A DNA stretch of 64,000 nucleotides from Candidatus Bathyarchaeota archaeon (GTDB taxonomy: Archaea > Thermoproteota > Bathyarchaeia > Bathyarchaeales > Bathycorpusculaceae), in assembly GCA_963826715.1 (NCBI GenBank), contig CAWGYA010000008.1:608001-672000 (forward strand). Direction: 5' to 3'. A program made the translations under genes and the position numbers. The notes under the pieces were generated by a model. That model was not told the DNA's origin and searched no databases. It was given only the letters and a program-made list of their open reading frames with translations. Positions 48,063-57,545 of the stretch are shown here, one piece after another; the stretch's first letter is position 1; every line of letters starts with the position of its first letter.

Positions 48063-48695
48063 TTAGATGTCTGTTTGACAACCGCAGACTGGTTTGAGCC
48101 CCAGCGCTAAAATATACATTTCTGAACTTTTCATCCGACTTGCTTTCGGCTTTACAAGCTGAACCGACTCAAAGTTGTTTTTTACTTGCTGGATGAAATC
48201 GTTGATAAGATCACCTTCAAATACTTTGACGAAAAAGTTCCCGTTTGGTTTAAGCAGGCACCTTGCGATTTCCATGGCTTTTGTAGCTAAATCAATCTGC
48301 CGTGCATGGTCCAATTCCCAGACGCCTGTGACATTGGGCGCCGCGTCGGATATAACTACGTCGGGTCTATGGGGAAGAAAAGATAGAATCTGTTCATTGA
48401 TGTCAGGTTCAGTTAAATCAGCAACTATTGTTCGGATGTATTCTTGGGTAAAGGGCTCAATGGGTTTCAAATCCACCCCTAAAACGTAGCCATGCTTACC
48501 CGTCATTTTCCGAGCTGCTTGAATCCATCCGCCTGGCGCTGCACCTAAATCCACAACTATATCACGAAATTTGATGAAGCTGTATTTAGTGTTAGCTTGA
48601 ACCAATTTGTATGTTGAACGGCTACGATAATTTTCCTCTTTAGCTTTCTTATAATAAAACTCGTTTTTCCTTTCACGTATCCAAGCTTTCGGCAT
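48063..48695 (-). CDS. rlmE: 23S rRNA 2'-O-methyltransferase RlmE/FtsJ
   Basis: YRSRSTYKL, DLGAAPGGW, ISDAAP, VKVF, KPKASRMKSSEMY. Confidence 0.95.
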   Translation of the reverse strand: MPKAWIRERKNEFYYKKAKEENYRSRSTYKLVQANTKYSFIKFRDIVVDLGAAPGGWIQAARKMTGKHGYVLGVDLKPIEPFTQEYIRTIVADLTEPDINEQILSFLPHRPDVVISDAAPNVTGVWELDHARQIDLATKAMEIARCLLKPNGNFFVKVFEGDLINDFIQQVKNNFESVQLVKPKASRMKSSEMYILALGLKPVCGCQTDI

Positions 48696-49104
48696 CTATA
48701 TCATCCCCAACCATAATGGATTCCACTGGTGAGCTTGGACCATCAGGTTTGTTTTCGTTTCCAAGGTTAAGTATCCAGTCCGTAAGACGTTGGCAACTTT
48801 TAGGAGAAATTGCGGTTGTGGGATCGCATCTTGCATTGTCTGGACATAGCAGGCATGGACAATCAATTATAGTTTCAATAGATGCAGGAAGTCTTTTGGG
48901 GTAAAGGCGATAAGTCCACCGACCCTCTTGGAGCTCTTTTTCTCGACGGATAAGCCCTTTCTCTTCAAGTTTAATTGATACGCGGCTGCCTTCGCGACTA
49001 CTTGCGCCCAGCTCCCGCCATAAATCTGATTGAAGCACTCCTTGATAGCCTGTACCGACAACATAGTGAAGTGCTTTCTGCTCGAGGTCATTACGCTTTG
49101 GCAT
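48673..49104 (-). CDS. Transcription factor E beta subunit (RPC34/RPC39-like wHTH plus Fe-S domain)
   Basis: GVLQSDLWRELG.SSREGSR...LEEKGLIRREK..GRWTYRL followed by PCLLCPDNARC...SPKSC..L.DW. Confidence 0.8.
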   Translation of the reverse strand: MPKRNDLEQKALHYVVGTGYQGVLQSDLWRELGASSREGSRVSIKLEEKGLIRREKELQEGRWTYRLYPKRLPASIETIIDCPCLLCPDNARCDPTTAISPKSCQRLTDWILNLGNENKPDGPSSPVESIMVGDDIDAESLDT

Positions 49105-49187
49105 GTTATGGTCAATTCCAAATAATACAGTAATATAAGCGTTGGATTCACATAAAAATATGTATCCCTGAATAAACGTGGAACCAC

Positions 49188-50213
49188 ATGAATAACATTG
49201 AACATGATTTAGACAAAATATGCTTGGGAATAGAATCTTCAGCAGACGACTTCGGCGTTGGCATCACCCGATTCAATGGCGAAATCTTAGCTAACCAATC
49301 CGATAGCTACATCCCAGCCGAAGGCGGCATTCACCCAAGGGAAGCTGCACGACACCATGCAGATGTCGCAGATAAAGTATTAAGTGAGGCTCTAAAAAAA
49401 GCAGGCATCAAATCCTCGGATTTAACCTGCATCGCCTTCTCTCAGGGACCTGGCTTAGGACCATGCCTCAGAACGGGAGCTACTGCCGCCCGTGCTTTAT
49501 CATCTTACCTGGAGTTGCCGCTGGTAGGTGTCAACCATTCGGTCGCCCATATCGAAATCGGGAAATTAAAAACAGGCGCCAAAGACCCCGTCACGCTTTA
49601 TGTTTCTGGCGGTAACACCATGGTAACTGCCTACGAGTCAGGGCACTACCGTGTCTTTGGTGAAACTCTCGACATTGCATTGGGCAACTGTCTCGATGTT
49701 TTCGCACGAGCAGCGGGGCTACATCACAAAAAAGGTTTGCCGCTGGGCGCCGCCATTGAACAAATAGCACTAAAAAGCACAAGACTAGTTCCCTTGCCTT
49801 ATGTGGTGAAAGGGATGGATATTTCACTTAGCGGCTTGTTGACAGCAGCTACGACTGCTCTGAAAAAAGGTAACTGGAATCTGGAAGATGTGTGTTACAG
49901 TTTACAGGAACACTCGTTTTCGATGGTAACTGAGGTAACTGAACGAGCGTTAGCTCACACTGAGAAAAAAGAGATCCTGCTCACGGGCGGTGTGGCAGCA
50001 AATAAGCGGCTGCAATTGATGTTAGATGTAATAGCGCAGGAACACAACGCTAAATTCAACGTGGTTCCACTCCAGTACGCCACAGACAACGGCGCGATGA
50101 TAGCCTGGGCAGGGACACTGGCATATAAGCATGGATTAACTATCCCAATTGAAGAGAGCAGGGTGCGGCTGCGTTGGCGAATCGACAAAGTGGATGTGCC
50201 ATGGATACAATAG
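49188..50213 (+). CDS. kae1: KEOPS Kae1 t6A threonylcarbamoyltransferase
   Basis: LGIESS, GGIHPRE, GPGLGPCL, VNHSVAH, VSGGNT, GGVAAN, DNGAMIA. Confidence 0.96.
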   Translation: MNNIEHDLDKICLGIESSADDFGVGITRFNGEILANQSDSYIPAEGGIHPREAARHHADVADKVLSEALKKAGIKSSDLTCIAFSQGPGLGPCLRTGATAARALSSYLELPLVGVNHSVAHIEIGKLKTGAKDPVTLYVSGGNTMVTAYESGHYRVFGETLDIALGNCLDVFARAAGLHHKKGLPLGAAIEQIALKSTRLVPLPYVVKGMDISLSGLLTAATTALKKGNWNLEDVCYSLQEHSFSMVTEVTERALAHTEKKEILLTGGVAANKRLQLMLDVIAQEHNAKFNVVPLQYATDNGAMIAWAGTLAYKHGLTIPIEESRVRLRWRIDKVDVPWIQ

Positions 50214-50869
50214 ACAAAACGTCGGAAGCGCGACTGATCAAAAAGGGCGCGGAAGCCAATCTATTCCTAACCAACTGGAAGGGTAGAAAAACTATCATTA
50301 AAGTACGAAGCCCTAAACGTTACCGCCCCGCCGAACTGGATAGACAAATCCGAAGCTACCGTACCATTCACGAACCACAGCTTATGCATGAAGCCAAAGC
50401 CGCCGGTGTTCATACGCCGCTAATTTACATGGTAAACGTCCCCCAATCAACAATAGTTATGGAATACATTGAGGGGCAGCAGGTCAAACAAATCTTAAAC
50501 CAAGCTACCAATTCTGAGCGTAAAAAGATCAGCGTCCAAATTGGTAAAAATACGGCGTCTCTCCATATATCCGGCTTAGTCCATGGCGACCTCACAACCT
50601 CCAACATGATCAGGGCAGATGACGGCATACTTTATTTTTTGGATTTTGGGCTTGGTGAAAAAAACTTTGAAAAAGAAGCGCGAGGCGTGGATTTACATCT
50701 GCTCAAGAGGGCATTACAGAGCACTCACTATCAGCATTGGGAAGACTGCTTCCAAGATGTAATGGTTGGCTACAACTCCGTTTGCGGAGTCGAGTTTGCG
50801 GAAAAGATTTATGAGAAAATCCATGAGATAGAGAGGCGTGGACGATATATCGATGAACGCAGGCAGTAA
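50201..50869 (+). CDS. bud32: KEOPS kinase Bud32
   Basis: KGAEA, K.YR, HGDLTTSN, DFGL, VDLHLL. Confidence 0.94.
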   Translation: MDTIDKTSEARLIKKGAEANLFLTNWKGRKTIIKVRSPKRYRPAELDRQIRSYRTIHEPQLMHEAKAAGVHTPLIYMVNVPQSTIVMEYIEGQQVKQILNQATNSERKKISVQIGKNTASLHISGLVHGDLTTSNMIRADDGILYFLDFGLGEKNFEKEARGVDLHLLKRALQSTHYQHWEDCFQDVMVGYNSVCGVEFAEKIYEKIHEIERRGRYIDERRQ

Positions 50870-51458
50870 GTCCCCAGTAAAAGGCAAGGTTGTTTTTTTT
50901 GCAACAGCTAACATAAATAAATTCAATGAAGCTAGAGCAATCTTGGGTAAATACGGCGTTTCAGTTGGCATGCTAAGGATTAAAGGAGATGAAATCCAAA
51001 GCGAGAGCTTAAAAGAAATCGCCGAGAAAAGCGTACTCTATGCCAGTAGGCAGTGCAGTTTACCTATTTTTGTGGAGGACGCAGGTCTATTCATTAACGC
51101 CCTTTTAGGGTTTCCTGGTCCTTACGCTGCTTACGTCTACAAAACTATCCACAATAAAGGCATTCTAAAACTCATGAAGAACATAGATGACCGAAGCGCC
51201 ACTTTTAAGTCAGTTATCTCTTATTGCGATAGCCAAAATCCCTATCAACCAATAAGCTTCTTAGGAGAATCGTTTGGCGAAATCACCCAGACCGAGCGTA
51301 ATGAGTGTGGTAAATCAGGTTTCGGTTTTGACCCCATCTTCCAGCCAGCAGACAATAGAAAAACCTTCGCTGAGATGACAATAGAGGAGAAGAATTGTAA
51401 CTCACATCGGGCAATTGCTATTCACAGGTTTGCCGAGTGGTATGTTAAGCATCAATAA
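50853..51458 (+). CDS. rdgB: Non-canonical purine NTP pyrophosphatase (RdgB/HAM1)
   Basis: FATAN..K, EDAGL, GFPGPY, GFGFDPIF, SHR. Confidence 0.94.
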   Translation: MNAGSKSPVKGKVVFFATANINKFNEARAILGKYGVSVGMLRIKGDEIQSESLKEIAEKSVLYASRQCSLPIFVEDAGLFINALLGFPGPYAAYVYKTIHNKGILKLMKNIDDRSATFKSVISYCDSQNPYQPISFLGESFGEITQTERNECGKSGFGFDPIFQPADNRKTFAEMTIEEKNCNSHRAIAIHRFAEWYVKHQ

Positions 51459-51505
51459 AAAATGTCATATTGATAGGGCTGAATAATCAAAAGTTGGGTA
51501 AAGTA

Positions 51506-52000
51506 ATGAGTGATTATGCACGTAAAGGCAATCCATTGCAAGAAGGCTTAATTACAGCATTAACTATAGGCGGCTTTCTCATAATCTTAGGGGCTACCTT
51601 TGGCTTAACACCGGAAATTCCGGGAAAAACCATTGTGTTCTTCAGCGATATTACCACCTACCCCATGAGGCAGCAGCATCATTTTACCTGCACCTAGCTC
51701 GCCTGCAGCGCACCTCGATTTCTTCGCCGCCATATTTAACTTTATGTTAGGCATAGACATTCTACAAATTACCCTCCTGGCTCTACAGTTTTGGATACAT
51801 TCTTCATTAGGCGCATTTCAGAAGCCATCGGAAACGTGGTTTTCTGGCTCGGCGGGGCAATAGTAGCAAATGTTTACTTATTGTCAGGCACAATTACCGG
51901 CTGGTTTGCATTTTGGACAAACATGGTCATAATCCTCGGCTTATCCTTGATAGTGAGAGGAATTATTCAATTCGGAAAAGATGACAATCGCAACTACTAA
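51506..52000 (+). pseudogene. Membrane protein gene broken by two frameshifts
   Basis: Three frames join: MSDY...LTIGGFLIILG...SDITTYP / GSSIILPAPSSPAAHLDFFAAIFNFMLGIDILQITLLALQFWIHS / IRRISEAIGNVVFWLG...GLSLIVRG. Confidence 0.65.
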
Positions 52001-52109
52001 ACCCTCCAAAAAGATTTGAATAATATCAGATTTTATTTTTTTTCTGAATTAGCCTAGCTACTTTTAAATATCGGTGCGGTGTGATTTAGGTGCACAATAA
52101 GGTGTAACG

Positions 52110-52550
52110 ATGCCAAAGCAAGAAAAAGGAAAATCCCATTCAACTCGCCCAGTCAGTAGACGTCCACCCAGTTGGTGCAAATACCAACCTGAAGAAGTAG
52201 AAGCTTTCATAATAAAACTTGCCAAAGAAGGTCACAACATGAGCAGTATAGGCACCATCCTACGCGATCAATATGCCATCCCCTTGGTTAAACCAATCAC
52301 GGGCAAAAGCATAAGCGATACTCTCAAATCTTCAAACTTAGCGTCACCTATGCCTGAAGACTTATCGAACTTAATGAAGAAAGCTCAAGGCTTAGCGGTC
52401 CATATGGATAAAAACAAGAAGGACCTACATAACAAACGTAACATGCAAATCATCGAAGCTCGCATTCATAAACTATCTCGGTACTACAAGCGCGAAGGCG
52501 TCATAGATAAGAGCTTCAAGTATAAGGCAAAAATTGCCTCCGTAACCTAA
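52110..52550 (+). CDS. rps15: 30S ribosomal protein S15 (uS15)
   Basis: GKSHSTRP, IG.ILRDQY.IP, PEDL, IEARIHKLSRYYK. Confidence 0.96.
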   Translation: MPKQEKGKSHSTRPVSRRPPSWCKYQPEEVEAFIIKLAKEGHNMSSIGTILRDQYAIPLVKPITGKSISDTLKSSNLASPMPEDLSNLMKKAQGLAVHMDKNKKDLHNKRNMQIIEARIHKLSRYYKREGVIDKSFKYKAKIASVT

Positions 52551-52649
52551 AATATTTATTCCCCCAAAATTTAGGGGCACATAGGTTCTTTTCACTTCAT
52601 ACACCAGGCTTTAAATCCTTTTAAAACATCAACTAAAGAAGTGAACATC

Positions 52650-54113
52650 ATGGCACAGCAGGAAAGTATCGAAAAATTCTTAGCACAAGCCAAAGAAGCA
52701 GCCAAAGTAATCAAAGAAACTGTAGATAAAGACGGTTTTATCAGCTGTTTTTCTCACCTCGACGCTGATGGAGTAGCCGCAGCAGGGATCATAGGCAAAA
52801 TGCTTAGCAGATTAGAGGCTCGGTTTCGTATCCGTGTAATGCAATGGGTAGACGAAAAAATCATAACAGAAGTCACCGGCGATAAACCCCAACTCGTAAT
52901 AATGACGGATTTCGGTAGTGGCTACCTTGACTTACTAAACGAGAAAATCCCCAAAAACAAAATCCTCATCCTTGACCACCATCAAATCACGGGTAACCCA
53001 ACCAACCCTAACTTCACTATGCTCAACCCCCACGTCTACGACATTGACGGGGCAAATCAAGTCAGCGGTTCAGGAGTGGCTTATTTCGCAGCTAAGGCAG
53101 TGAACATCGCAAACATAGACACTGCACCAATAGCAATCGTCGGCGCTCTAGGCGACATGCAAGACAAATATGAACAGCGCAGCCTTCGCGGCCTAAACGA
53201 ATTGATCGTCAACGATGCCGTCGAAGCTGGGCTAATGAAAGTTGAAAAGGACCTCACCTTCTTCGGCAGAGAGACCCGTCCCATCTACAAAATGCTGGCA
53301 ATTACAACTAACCCCTTTATCCCCGGCTTGAGTGGGCAGGAGACGACAGCACTAAATTTCGTAGCAAACCTGGGTATTCCACTCAAAGAAGGAGATAGGT
53401 TGCGTTCGCTTTGCGACTTGACAACTGAAGAACGCAAAACGCTTTGTTCTGCTTTAGCGGATTATCTGCTTTCCAAGGGCTTGCATTTGGAAGTTGAAAA
53501 CCTCATCGGCTACATCTACATCTTAACCAAAGAGTTACCCAACACTTCATTGCGTGATGGAAGAGAGTTTTCGGTATTACTTAATTCGACGGGACGAATG
53601 GATCGCCCCAGCCTTGGCATCGCCATTTGTATGGGGGATCGAAAAGCGGGCCTTGAAGAATCCAACAAAATTCTAGAGGACTACCGAAAAGACATTAACA
53701 AATACCTCGGCTGGGTCAATGATAAACCTGAGCGCATGCAAGAGCTTCAAAATGTGTACGTGATATACGGTGAGAACTTTATCAACGAAAAAATCATTGG
53801 CACCGTCTCCAGCATCGTTGTCTCGAACCTTACCAACAATGAAAAACCTCTGTTAGCCTTCGCTAACATCGAAGCAGAAAACGCAGCCAAATTTTCAGGA
53901 CGCACAACCGAAGCGGCCTTGAGAAAAGGCATCAACTTAGGCGATGTGATGCGGATTGCCTCAGAACAGAACTGCGGCAGAGGCGGTGGACACAATATTG
54001 CGGCGGGTGCGCAGGTACCCCTTGAAAAAGTGGAGGCATTCATTAAAACTGCAGATGAATTGGTGGGACGGCAACTTAAGGGTGAAAAGCTTGGAAGCTA
54101 CAGTCACACTTGA
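52650..54113 (+). CDS. DHH-family phosphoesterase (RecJ-like)
   Basis: HLDADG, DFG, DHH, VGALGDMQ, GGGH..AAG (DHHA1). Confidence 0.92.
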   Translation: MAQQESIEKFLAQAKEAAKVIKETVDKDGFISCFSHLDADGVAAAGIIGKMLSRLEARFRIRVMQWVDEKIITEVTGDKPQLVIMTDFGSGYLDLLNEKIPKNKILILDHHQITGNPTNPNFTMLNPHVYDIDGANQVSGSGVAYFAAKAVNIANIDTAPIAIVGALGDMQDKYEQRSLRGLNELIVNDAVEAGLMKVEKDLTFFGRETRPIYKMLAITTNPFIPGLSGQETTALNFVANLGIPLKEGDRLRSLCDLTTEERKTLCSALADYLLSKGLHLEVENLIGYIYILTKELPNTSLRDGREFSVLLNSTGRMDRPSLGIAICMGDRKAGLEESNKILEDYRKDINKYLGWVNDKPERMQELQNVYVIYGENFINEKIIGTVSSIVVSNLTNNEKPLLAFANIEAENAAKFSGRTTEAALRKGINLGDVMRIASEQNCGRGGGHNIAAGAQVPLEKVEAFIKTADELVGRQLKGEKLGSYSHT

Positions 54114-54339
54114 ATACTGCGATTTCAAGACGGCGCAAGCAATTGCCAAGGCGGTTTTTCCCGACAACCTCAAAGCCCCCCCTGGATTACAGATAGAAAC
54201 ATTCTATAAAGAAAACAAAGTTATAACCCAAATTAGTTTCAACGGCAAACTCACCACCTTCGCCTCAACCATCGACGATTTACTCTTTAGTACCTCAACT
54301 GCAGAAAAAGCTCTTAATGCAATATCAAGAAAAGCTTAA
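54082..54339 (+). CDS. pcc1: KEOPS subunit Pcc1
   Basis: AQAIAKAVFPDN...TFASTIDDLL, in the conserved position after S15-DHH. Start GTG 54082 or TTG 54091. Confidence 0.8.
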   Translation: MKSLEATVTLEYCDFKTAQAIAKAVFPDNLKAPPGLQIETFYKENKVITQISFNGKLTTFASTIDDLLFSTSTAEKALNAISRKA

Positions 54340-54447
54340 GGCCATATCCTATTTGTATGATAACCTATTAAAGTCGATACAGGAAAACTAAGAAGAATAA
54401 AAATGGGAATTGATTCAAAAATAAGCAGGCATATTCCTAAACAGAAG

Positions 54448-54777
54448 TTACTTTACGAATGGAATCACAATCCATTTGACATTATCAAATCCAAACTTTT
54501 CGATAAGTGGATCCAGAAAGTTAGGGGCCAACTCGTCTTCGATTTCCGCGAAGACCACTGCATCACCAATACGATAAACGAGACCTATTTCAGTGAGGTC
54601 TTTGAGCGCCGAATATTTACCACGGATTTCCCAGTATCCCGGCTCATCTCTTCCCTCCTGTAAAATCCATGAGTACTTGTCTTCGGGATGCTTGCCTTCA
54701 GTGTAGTTGAAAACACACACTACTTCCCCAACGGCTTTAGCGTCGTTTTCTGTTTTAACGTAAAACCAAATCGTCAT
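54448..54777 (-). CDS. Hypothetical protein
   Basis: 109-aa ORF with an ATG start and GGTG upstream; Trp/Tyr/Glu-rich; no recognisable family. Confidence 0.6.
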   Translation of the reverse strand: MTIWFYVKTENDAKAVGEVVCVFNYTEGKHPEDKYSWILQEGRDEPGYWEIRGKYSALKDLTEIGLVYRIGDAVVFAEIEDELAPNFLDPLIEKFGFDNVKWIVIPFVK

Positions 54778-54832
54778 ACTATAACACCAAAGTTAAAGTA
54801 TCGGATTCTAGCTTAAAGCGTTTATTACAAAG

Positions 54833-55447
54833 TTAGTGCCTGGCCTCTATAAGCGTAAGGGTTTCAAAAAAAGGCAGCTTGAGATCGGCTATAATTTTAG
54901 CGTTAAGGTTCTGCATTACAAAACTGTGGATTGTTTCATCAATGCCCGTTAGTGTAGATTGCATCAATAAAACCGTCCCTTTTGGCTTGAGATATGCTGA
55001 CACATTGGAAATGAATCTGTCAATTACTGCACGCCCACCAACACCTCCTGCCCAAGACCGCCCTATCCAAGTTTCCTGCTCACTTGACTCGGAAGGCAAA
55101 TATGGTGCATTAAACAAAATCAAATCAAACATCACCCCATGTTTGAATGCAGAGAGGAGGTCGCCTTGAATAAAACAGATTCTTCCGGAGACATCATTTA
55201 ATTTTGCGTTTGCTTTAGCACAATGAAGGGCAAATGGATTAAGGTCTATTGCGGTAACTGCTGCACCTTTTTTTGCACCCAACACTGCTAGTATACCACA
55301 ACCTGTGCCTACATCCAAGACGGCCTCGGCCGCTGCGGGATTAAAGTTTTCGGCTAACAAAAAGGAGTCCTCGGCTGGCTCATACACTTCACTTTCTACA
55401 TCAAAAATACATTCACCAAAATAGATGCGTCTAACTCGGCAGGGCAT
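54833..55447 (-). CDS. HemK-related (release factor Gln) methyltransferase
   Basis: VYEPAEDSFLL, LDVGTGCG, FNAPYLP, AGG..GR. Confidence 0.9.
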   Translation of the reverse strand: MPCRVRRIYFGECIFDVESEVYEPAEDSFLLAENFNPAAAEAVLDVGTGCGILAVLGAKKGAAVTAIDLNPFALHCAKANAKLNDVSGRICFIQGDLLSAFKHGVMFDLILFNAPYLPSESSEQETWIGRSWAGGVGGRAVIDRFISNVSAYLKPKGTVLLMQSTLTGIDETIHSFVMQNLNAKIIADLKLPFFETLTLIEARH

Positions 55448-56249
55448 CTGCGATTGCTCCGAAATCTTTAGGTGCAAGTTCTCTTACACGGCGCTCCCGC
55501 TGTGTTAGGTTATTGGTAAGTTTTTCTGCGCATTCTTTACTCAGTCGGTAGTTGATTCTGAGGTAGGGCGCAAGCGCCTTTGCAAGTTTTTTATTGCGCT
55601 GTGTAAAGAGCCATTTGGTTAACCGCAAAAAGGAGTCATGATCACTAACTTGGAAGGCCTGAGAGCGGCAAGGCTTAAGGCGCAAAATAGTTGAATCAAC
55701 TTCAGGCGAAGGGTAGAACATAGTTTTGGGCACGGAATCCAACACGTCTACCTTAGCCTGTAGCTTCGTCACTACAGTCAACCATCCATATTCCTCGCTA
55801 CCCACAGATGCTATTATTCGCTTAACAAATTCTTTCTGCAAAATCAACACCGCACAATCCACATTACGCTCAAGCAACCAAACTACAAGATGTGACGACA
55901 AATAATAGGGCGGAATTGCGATGGCTTTGTTGAAAAGCGGTAACTTCGATTTGAGCACATCACCCTCCATTACATTAACATTCGTCATACTGCGAAAGCG
56001 TTCACGCAAAAAAGAGGCTAGCCGCGGATCCTTCTCGATTGCAAATACGTATTTACATCGCTGAGAGAGAAAAGTCGTAAGAAAACCAAAACCAGCGCCA
56101 GCATCTAACACAACATCTGAAAGGCATAGAGCTGCATATTCCGCGAGTTTGGAGTATAAGCTGGTTTCAACCATAAAGTTTTGTCCCAGCAACTTGTTTG
56201 GTTTAACGTTTTGAGTTAATAGCAGATGTTCTATTTGCTCTTGGCTCAT
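55431..56249 (-). CDS. rsmA: 16S rRNA dimethyladenosine transferase RsmA/KsgA
   Basis: LGQNF, GAGFG.LT, IEKD, PYYLSS, QKEF, FYPSPEVDS, FTQRNK. Confidence 0.92.
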   Translation of the reverse strand: MSQEQIEHLLLTQNVKPNKLLGQNFMVETSLYSKLAEYAALCLSDVVLDAGAGFGFLTTFLSQRCKYVFAIEKDPRLASFLRERFRSMTNVNVMEGDVLKSKLPLFNKAIAIPPYYLSSHLVVWLLERNVDCAVLILQKEFVKRIIASVGSEEYGWLTVVTKLQAKVDVLDSVPKTMFYPSPEVDSTILRLKPCRSQAFQVSDHDSFLRLTKWLFTQRNKKLAKALAPYLRINYRLSKECAEKLTNNLTQRERRVRELAPKDFGAIADALPS

Positions 56250-56260
56250 TATCTATTGCC

Positions 56261-56836
56261 TTACTGTGCTCGGGTGAAGAGTTGATATTTGCTGTCACCT
56301 TCAAGCTCCTCCATAACACGCTTAGTTATTAGTTTAATCGGATTAGGTAATTCAGTGCGTTTTTGAAGGTCCTCAAAGCTCTCAAACGGTTTACGTTGAC
56401 GTTCGTTGATGACTTGCCACATGTACTTTTTGCCAATACCTGGCACAAGCTCCAGCGCATGCATGCGGGGGGTTACGGCACGGGCGTTATTGAAGAAGGT
56501 AACAAACCATTTCTCCCGGTTCGCAATAATCTTATTTATTACGCTTGGAAGCTCGGCTTTTGCAGAAGCAGTTAATTCATCATATCCGATACGACCAATG
56601 ATATAGGTGACCTCTTCCCGACTGTCTTTGCCCACGTAAACACGGTCACCGGGTTTAAGCATCAGACCCTCTCTTACGAGAGCTTCGAGAACAGTAAAGA
56701 AGTCTTCGCCGACGCATTGAATAAGAGCGCCTGCACGGTAGCCTGCCCGTCCAGTGGGGCGAACCCCAGGTTTTCCGTGTGGAAGGAAGTCTAACACGTA
56801 AGCGTTTTCTTCATACCGTTTTTCCATAACAGTCAC
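56261..56836 (-). CDS. DUF655 family predicted nucleic-acid-binding protein
   Basis: EENAYVLDFLP, GEDFFTVLE, RMHALELVPGIGKK, PFESFED; conserved context next to rpo4 and rsmA. Confidence 0.88.
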   Translation of the reverse strand: MTVMEKRYEENAYVLDFLPHGKPGVRPTGRAGYRAGALIQCVGEDFFTVLEALVREGLMLKPGDRVYVGKDSREEVTYIIGRIGYDELTASAKAELPSVINKIIANREKWFVTFFNNARAVTPRMHALELVPGIGKKYMWQVINERQRKPFESFEDLQKRTELPNPIKLITKRVMEELEGDSKYQLFTRAQ

Positions 56837-56889
56837 TGTGCCTCTAGTGTATTCTCGCTAACTACTTAAAAACACTTTAGCCAAATAAG

Positions 56890-57228
56890 TTATTTGAGCA
56901 GACGGCTCTCGTTCAAAAGTTCAACTATTTGATTGAGTTTCTGGGTTTCGATAATTTTGCGCCCACCTGCTAAGAAAACACGAAGTTCATCCACTGTTTC
57001 AGGCATACAATTTATAATTTGAACAGCTTCTGCTTCATCAAGTTCGTATTCTTTAACAAGAGTTTGCAAGAGCTCTTCAGCTTTTTCGGGTTCAACTTTG
57101 CTAAATTTACTTACGTAGTCAAGTGTACGACGCTGGAACTGATCAAGGTTTTCCCCACCTATATCTTCCAGAAGTTTTTTTACTTGAGGCAGACTTAGCC
57201 GATTTTCGCTTACTTCCCTTTTGCTCAT
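56890..57228 (-). CDS. rpo4: RNA polymerase subunit Rpo4 (F)
   Basis: QRRTLDYVSKFSK, AVQIINCMPETVDELR; sits between eL21 and DUF655. Confidence 0.88.
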   Translation of the reverse strand: MSKREVSENRLSLPQVKKLLEDIGGENLDQFQRRTLDYVSKFSKVEPEKAEELLQTLVKEYELDEAEAVQIINCMPETVDELRVFLAGGRKIIETQKLNQIVELLNESRLLK

Positions 57229-57235
57229 TTTACTC

Positions 57236-57532
57236 TCACGTACCTGTATAGGGCTCAAGATGTTCCGTGCGAACAATAATTTGTTTCACAGCTTCACCCT
57301 GTGGAACACTAACCACATAACCTCTGCCCCGTTTCTCAACTATAAAACCGATTTTTCCGTGGAAACGTTTGTGAGGCATACTTTTCTGTACGCTAGAATC
57401 CATCTTAATGATAACTTGGTTACCTGCCTCATATTGATGCAGTATCTTGCTTATTTGGGGTTTACCTTTAGCACGGGTTGGTTTTCGTAACAAACTACGA
57501 GTGCCAGAGTAGTAGCCTTTTGAACCTTTCAT
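57236..57532 (-). CDS. rpl21e: 50S ribosomal protein L21e
   Basis: SKGY..GTR, MPHKRFHGK.G, RGRGY, EHL. Confidence 0.95.
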   Translation of the reverse strand: MKGSKGYYSGTRSLLRKPTRAKGKPQISKILHQYEAGNQVIIKMDSSVQKSMPHKRFHGKIGFIVEKRGRGYVVSVPQGEAVKQIIVRTEHLEPYTGT

Positions 57533-57545
57533 CCTGTTTCACCAA

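Noticed and set aside
48673-49104. Novel Fe-S wHTH regulator
   Set aside because: It matches the already described archaeal TFE-beta/RPC34-like family.
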